From NCBI GenBank assembly GCA_023622945.1, contig JAMNYG010000144.1, positions 8,520-72,519 on the forward strand: a stretch of 64,000 nt of DNA, given 5' to 3'. The stretch is from Bacillota bacterium. GTDB lineage: Bacteria; Bacillota; Clostridia; Acetivibrionales; JAMNYG01. Positions 61,827 through 64,000 of this stretch are shown piece after piece. The notes beneath the pieces were generated by a model, which saw nothing but the letters and a program-made list of their open reading frames with translations, did not search any database and had not been told where the DNA came from. Both the position numbers and the translations under genes were made by a program. Within the stretch, counting starts at the first letter, position 1. Each line of letters begins with the position of its first letter.

Positions 61827-62720
61827 CTATTTTCTTAATATTTCCAAGGCCTTTTGGAAATCTTCAGGAACAGGAGAGGTAATTTCAACCCTTTCACGCG
61901 TGACGGGGTGTATGAAACTCACCTTGTGGGAATGAAGACATTGCCTGTCTATAAGATCGGTATCCATGCCGGAATAAAGGCTGTCTCCGATAATGGGATG
62001 TCCTATGGCCTGGCAGTGAACCCTTATCTGATGGGTTCTCCCTGTTTCCAGCCTGAATTTTACATATGTGGCATTGTCAAGGTATTCTAATACCTGATAA
62101 TGGGTTATTGCCGGGTAACCTTCGGGGGAAATGTGCCTGAGCATGATGCTGTCCGGCCTGCGTGCTATGGGAAGATCAATGGTGCCGCTTAAATCAGGCA
62201 GCAGGCCGTGCACGATGGCAACGTATTCTTTGATGAAGGTTTTATCTTTCATCTGCCTTGTGAGAAACTCCTGAGTATATTGATCCTTGGCAAATAAAAT
62301 GATGCCGGAGGTATCCTTGTCAAGCCTGCTGACAGGCCTTACTTTTCTTATGGTACCTTGCATATGATAGTGGCGCATCAGGGCGTTTGCAACCGTCCCT
62401 CCCGGATGGTTGAAGGTGGGATGAACAACCATGCCGGGATCCTTGTCCAGGGCAACCAGGCATTGGTCTTCGTAAATTATATGTATGGGGATATCCTCGG
62501 GTATAACGTCTCCGGCCTCTTCAGGAAAATCTGCAAAAACTTCCAGTACGTCTCCGCTTCTTAAAACATCTACCACCCTGACGGGAACATAATTGCAGAA
62601 TATACGATTTTGGGTTTTTAACTTCTTAATCAGTCTTTCAGAGATCTGCAGTCGTTTTTTAAGTATGTGCTTTACCGTTTTCCCTGAGTCCTGTTCTTCT
62701 ACCTGATACTTAAAATACAT
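61827..62720 (-). CDS. RluA/RluD-family pseudouridine synthase
   Basis: SRLDKDTSG, LETGRTHQIRVH, GHPIIGDSLY. Confidence 0.93.
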   Translation of the reverse strand: MYFKYQVEEQDSGKTVKHILKKRLQISERLIKKLKTQNRIFCNYVPVRVVDVLRSGDVLEVFADFPEEAGDVIPEDIPIHIIYEDQCLVALDKDPGMVVHPTFNHPGGTVANALMRHYHMQGTIRKVRPVSRLDKDTSGIILFAKDQYTQEFLTRQMKDKTFIKEYVAIVHGLLPDLSGTIDLPIARRPDSIMLRHISPEGYPAITHYQVLEYLDNATYVKFRLETGRTHQIRVHCQAIGHPIIGDSLYSGMDTDLIDRQCLHSHKVSFIHPVTRERVEITSPVPEDFQKALEILRK

Positions 62721-62930
62721 CAAAATCACCCGTCTTATTATAAACAAAGCCTGTTATATCATGCAATAAGCTCATGAGACCATGAAGGGAGGAAGCAGGC
62801 CGGTTGATTGGATGTTGAAATAACCCTTCAACTCATATAGAATAGTTAATGCCGGTTAAATAAGTCTACAGAGGCAATACAGAGATAGTATAGTGGTAAA
62901 ATATAGAAGCAAAATATAGAGGTAATACCG

Positions 62931-64000
62931 ATGAACAGCAAGATACGGGACTATTTAAAAAATGAATTCGGCATAAGCCAAACTGTTATTGACATTTCCG
63001 ATTCGGCCGAAAAAGATATCAGTGAGACACTGAAAAAGATTGATGCTGTAAAAGAATATAACCAGGTAAAGGTCATCCGTGCCATGCAGAAGAACAACCT
63101 AAGCGACGCCCATTTCGGAGGCACAACGGGTTACGGTTACAATGACCGGGGGCGTGAAGTTCTTGACAGCATATATGCCGATGTGTTCAGAGCCCAAAGC
63201 GCCCTTGTAAGGCATCAGATTGTTTCCGGCACCCATGCCCTTGCCCTGTGCATGTACGGGATTTTGAGGCCTGGGGATGAGCTGTTGTCCGTCACCGGAA
63301 AACCATACGACACCCTTGAAGAAGTTATAGGAATCAGGGGGGAAGGCCAGGGTTCCCTTAAAGAGTTTGGAATAACGTACAGGCAGGTGGAACTTAAGGA
63401 TGACGGAAAAATCAACCTGGATGCCGTAGGACCGGCAATAAACCAAAAAACCCGCCTGGTGCTCATACAGCGTTCAAGAGGATATAGCTGGAGGCCTTCT
63501 TTGAGCATCGATGAAATTGGAGAGGCCGTAAAATATATAAAAAGCATCAGAAATGACATAGTGGTTATGGTTGACAACTGCTACGGAGAATTTGTGGAGG
63601 ACAGGGAGCCCACCGAAGTAGGGGCGGATCTTGCAGCAGGTTCTTTAATAAAAAATCCCGGGGGAGGGCAAAGAAGAATATGTGAATATGGCTGCACACA
63701 GGCTTACAACCCCGGGACTGGGGAAAGAGGTGGGTTCAACCCTTGGTCAGAACAGGCTTATGCTGCAGGGACTGTTCATGGCTCCTCATGTTGTGGGTGA
63801 GAGTCTGAAGGGCGCAGTCTTCTGCGCGGCAATTATGAAAAGGATCGGATTTGAAGTATCTCCCGATTGCTCAGAAAAAAGAGGAGATATAATCCAGGCA
63901 ATCAAGTTCAACAACCCGGAAAGCCTGATAGCCTTTTGCCAGGGGATTCAGAAAGGCTCGCCAGTGGATGCCTTTGTGACCCCCGAGCCATGGGACATGC
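62931..64000 (+). pseudogene. YnbB-like PLP lyase (methionine gamma-lyase / aluminium-resistance family), frameshifted near 63666; 3' end outside window
   Basis: GYGYNDRGRE, VDNCYGEF, GSLIKNPGG, then homology resumes in the +1 frame (GKEEYVNMAAHRLTTPG...QKGSPVDAFVTPEPWDM). Confidence 0.75.

Overview
Core-chromosome window of a spore-forming Clostridia-class Firmicute (Acetivibrio/Ruminiclostridium-like gene order). It runs polA(3' end)-coaE-GGDEF, T-box-led aroF, cheW, ychF, then a TrpP-type ECF transporter, an aryl-CoA ligase and iorAB. Next come a GH4 alpha-galactosidase, an aldo/keto reductase, an SLH surface protein, an RR-HK-htrA operon, nth, rpmB, recG-rsmD-coaD, ylbJ, ilvE, yqeG-aroE, aroQ-peptidase-efp, spoIIIAA-AH, asp23-amaP-nusB-xseAB-ispA, dxs-tlyA-nadK-argR-recN, spoIVB, spo0A, a DUF4091-like protein, a MerR-HTH protein, a RluA-family synthase and a frameshifted YnbB-like lyase. 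Non-coding highlights: (1) two 11-triplet NAG arrays resembling TRAP binding sites, one in an attenuator-like leader of the TrpP ECF operon and one over the RBS/start of the aryl-CoA ligase beside iorAB, suggesting a Trp-repressed indole-3-acetate-to-tryptophan salvage system; (2) a ~620-nt OLE RNA followed by oapA; (3) a dispersed, nested MITE/REP-like hairpin family; (4) many intergenic spacers built from decayed tandem duplications of gene ends. No CRISPR array, rRNA, tRNA or transposase was seen. All calls come from reading the sequence and recalled family motifs; no searches were run.
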